From NCBI GenBank assembly GCA_015655215.1, contig JAATFL010000038.1, forward strand, positions 2,157-66,156: a stretch of DNA of 64,000 bases. The letters run 5' to 3'. The stretch is from Coriobacteriia bacterium. Its GTDB lineage: Bacteria; Actinomycetota; Coriobacteriia; Coriobacteriales; RUG033. Position 1 is the stretch's first letter. The number at the start of each line of letters is the position of its first letter. Shown piece after piece: positions 63,845-64,000 of this stretch. The position numbers were made by a program, and so were the translations under genes. The notes under the pieces were generated by a model. That model was not told the DNA's origin. It ran no database searches and was given only the letters and a program-made list of their open reading frames with translations.

Positions 63845-64000
63845 GTGGACGAGCATAGGGTTTTTGGAGGACGATACCGGGTAGCCGAGAAGATCGGCGT
63901 CGGTGGCATGGCCGAGGTGTACAAGGCACAGGATGAGGTGCTCGGCAGAACCCTCGCCATCAAGGTCATGCTCCCACAGTATGCCGCAGACCCGTCGTTC
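63845..64000 (+). CDS. pknB: Ser/Thr protein kinase PknB-like, N-terminal 52 codons (continues past right edge)
   Basis: Absent from the ORF track (open at the edge). GTG 63845, preceded by AGGGAGAAG, reads VDEHRVFGGRYRVAEKIGVGGMAEVYKAQDEVLGRTLAIKVMLPQYAADPSF, which contains the canonical G-loop and VAIK-type motif. Confidence 0.8.
   Translation, partial: MDEHRVFGGRYRVAEKIGVGGMAEVYKAQDEVLGRTLAIKVMLPQYAADPSF

Noticed and set aside
1-64000. CRISPR arrays, prophage or defence-island signatures
   Set aside because: No regularly spaced repeats, cas-like genes, restriction/methylase genes, toxin-antitoxin pairs or phage structural genes were recognisable anywhere in the window.

Overview
High-GC (about 62-64%) actinobacterial chromosome segment. 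The gene content looks Coriobacteriia/Eggerthellaceae-like: polytopic-membrane LuxR regulators sit next to Tat-exported flavoprotein reductases, and there is an fhaA-fhaB-PP2C-rodA/pbp-pknB cluster. This taxon call is inference only. All family calls are by-eye motif recognition; no database search was run.

Layout:
- 1-10.8 kb: a minus-strand CoA-thioester cluster with acyl-CoA ligase, crotonase, OYE/2,4-dienoyl-CoA-reductase-type flavoenzyme, FixCX, two MFS transporters and two type III CoA-transferases.
- 11-25.5 kb: housekeeping genes, namely GNAT, M29 aminopeptidase, LemA/DUF2207, tRNA-Ser, tRNA-Arg, serS, formamidase, pdxR/pdxST, tRNA-Leu and a membrane LuxR.
- 25.6-39.2 kb: a roughly 13.6-kb, 15-gene minus-strand operon (acyl-CoA dehydrogenase, FixA, FixB, His-rich CooC-type metallochaperone, two HgdAB/BcrBC-family subunits, ATP-dependent activase, two mini membrane proteins, truncated acetyl-CoA-synthase (CdhC/AcsB)-like protein, acetoacetate-decarboxylase-family protein, FixC, FixX, two 3-hydroxyacyl-CoA dehydrogenases).
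- 39.4-45.5 kb: a two-component system next to a VTC / DUF4956 / beta-helix lipoprotein cassette.
- 45.5-56.4 kb: two LuxR + Tat-flavoprotein reductase loci, an M20 peptidase interrupted by an in-frame TAG, and an aldehyde dehydrogenase.
- 56.4-64 kb: the Ser/Thr-kinase/FHA/PP2C cell-wall cluster, with rodA and pbpA fused into a single ORF.

The most unusual candidate system is the combination of a CooC-like protein, HAD/BCR-like subunits, an activase and an ACS-fragment protein, inserted between fixAB and fixCX.

No CRISPR arrays, transposases or integrases were seen. Two edge-truncated CDSs (1-581 minus strand, 63845-64000 plus strand) are missing from the ORF track and were read directly from the DNA.
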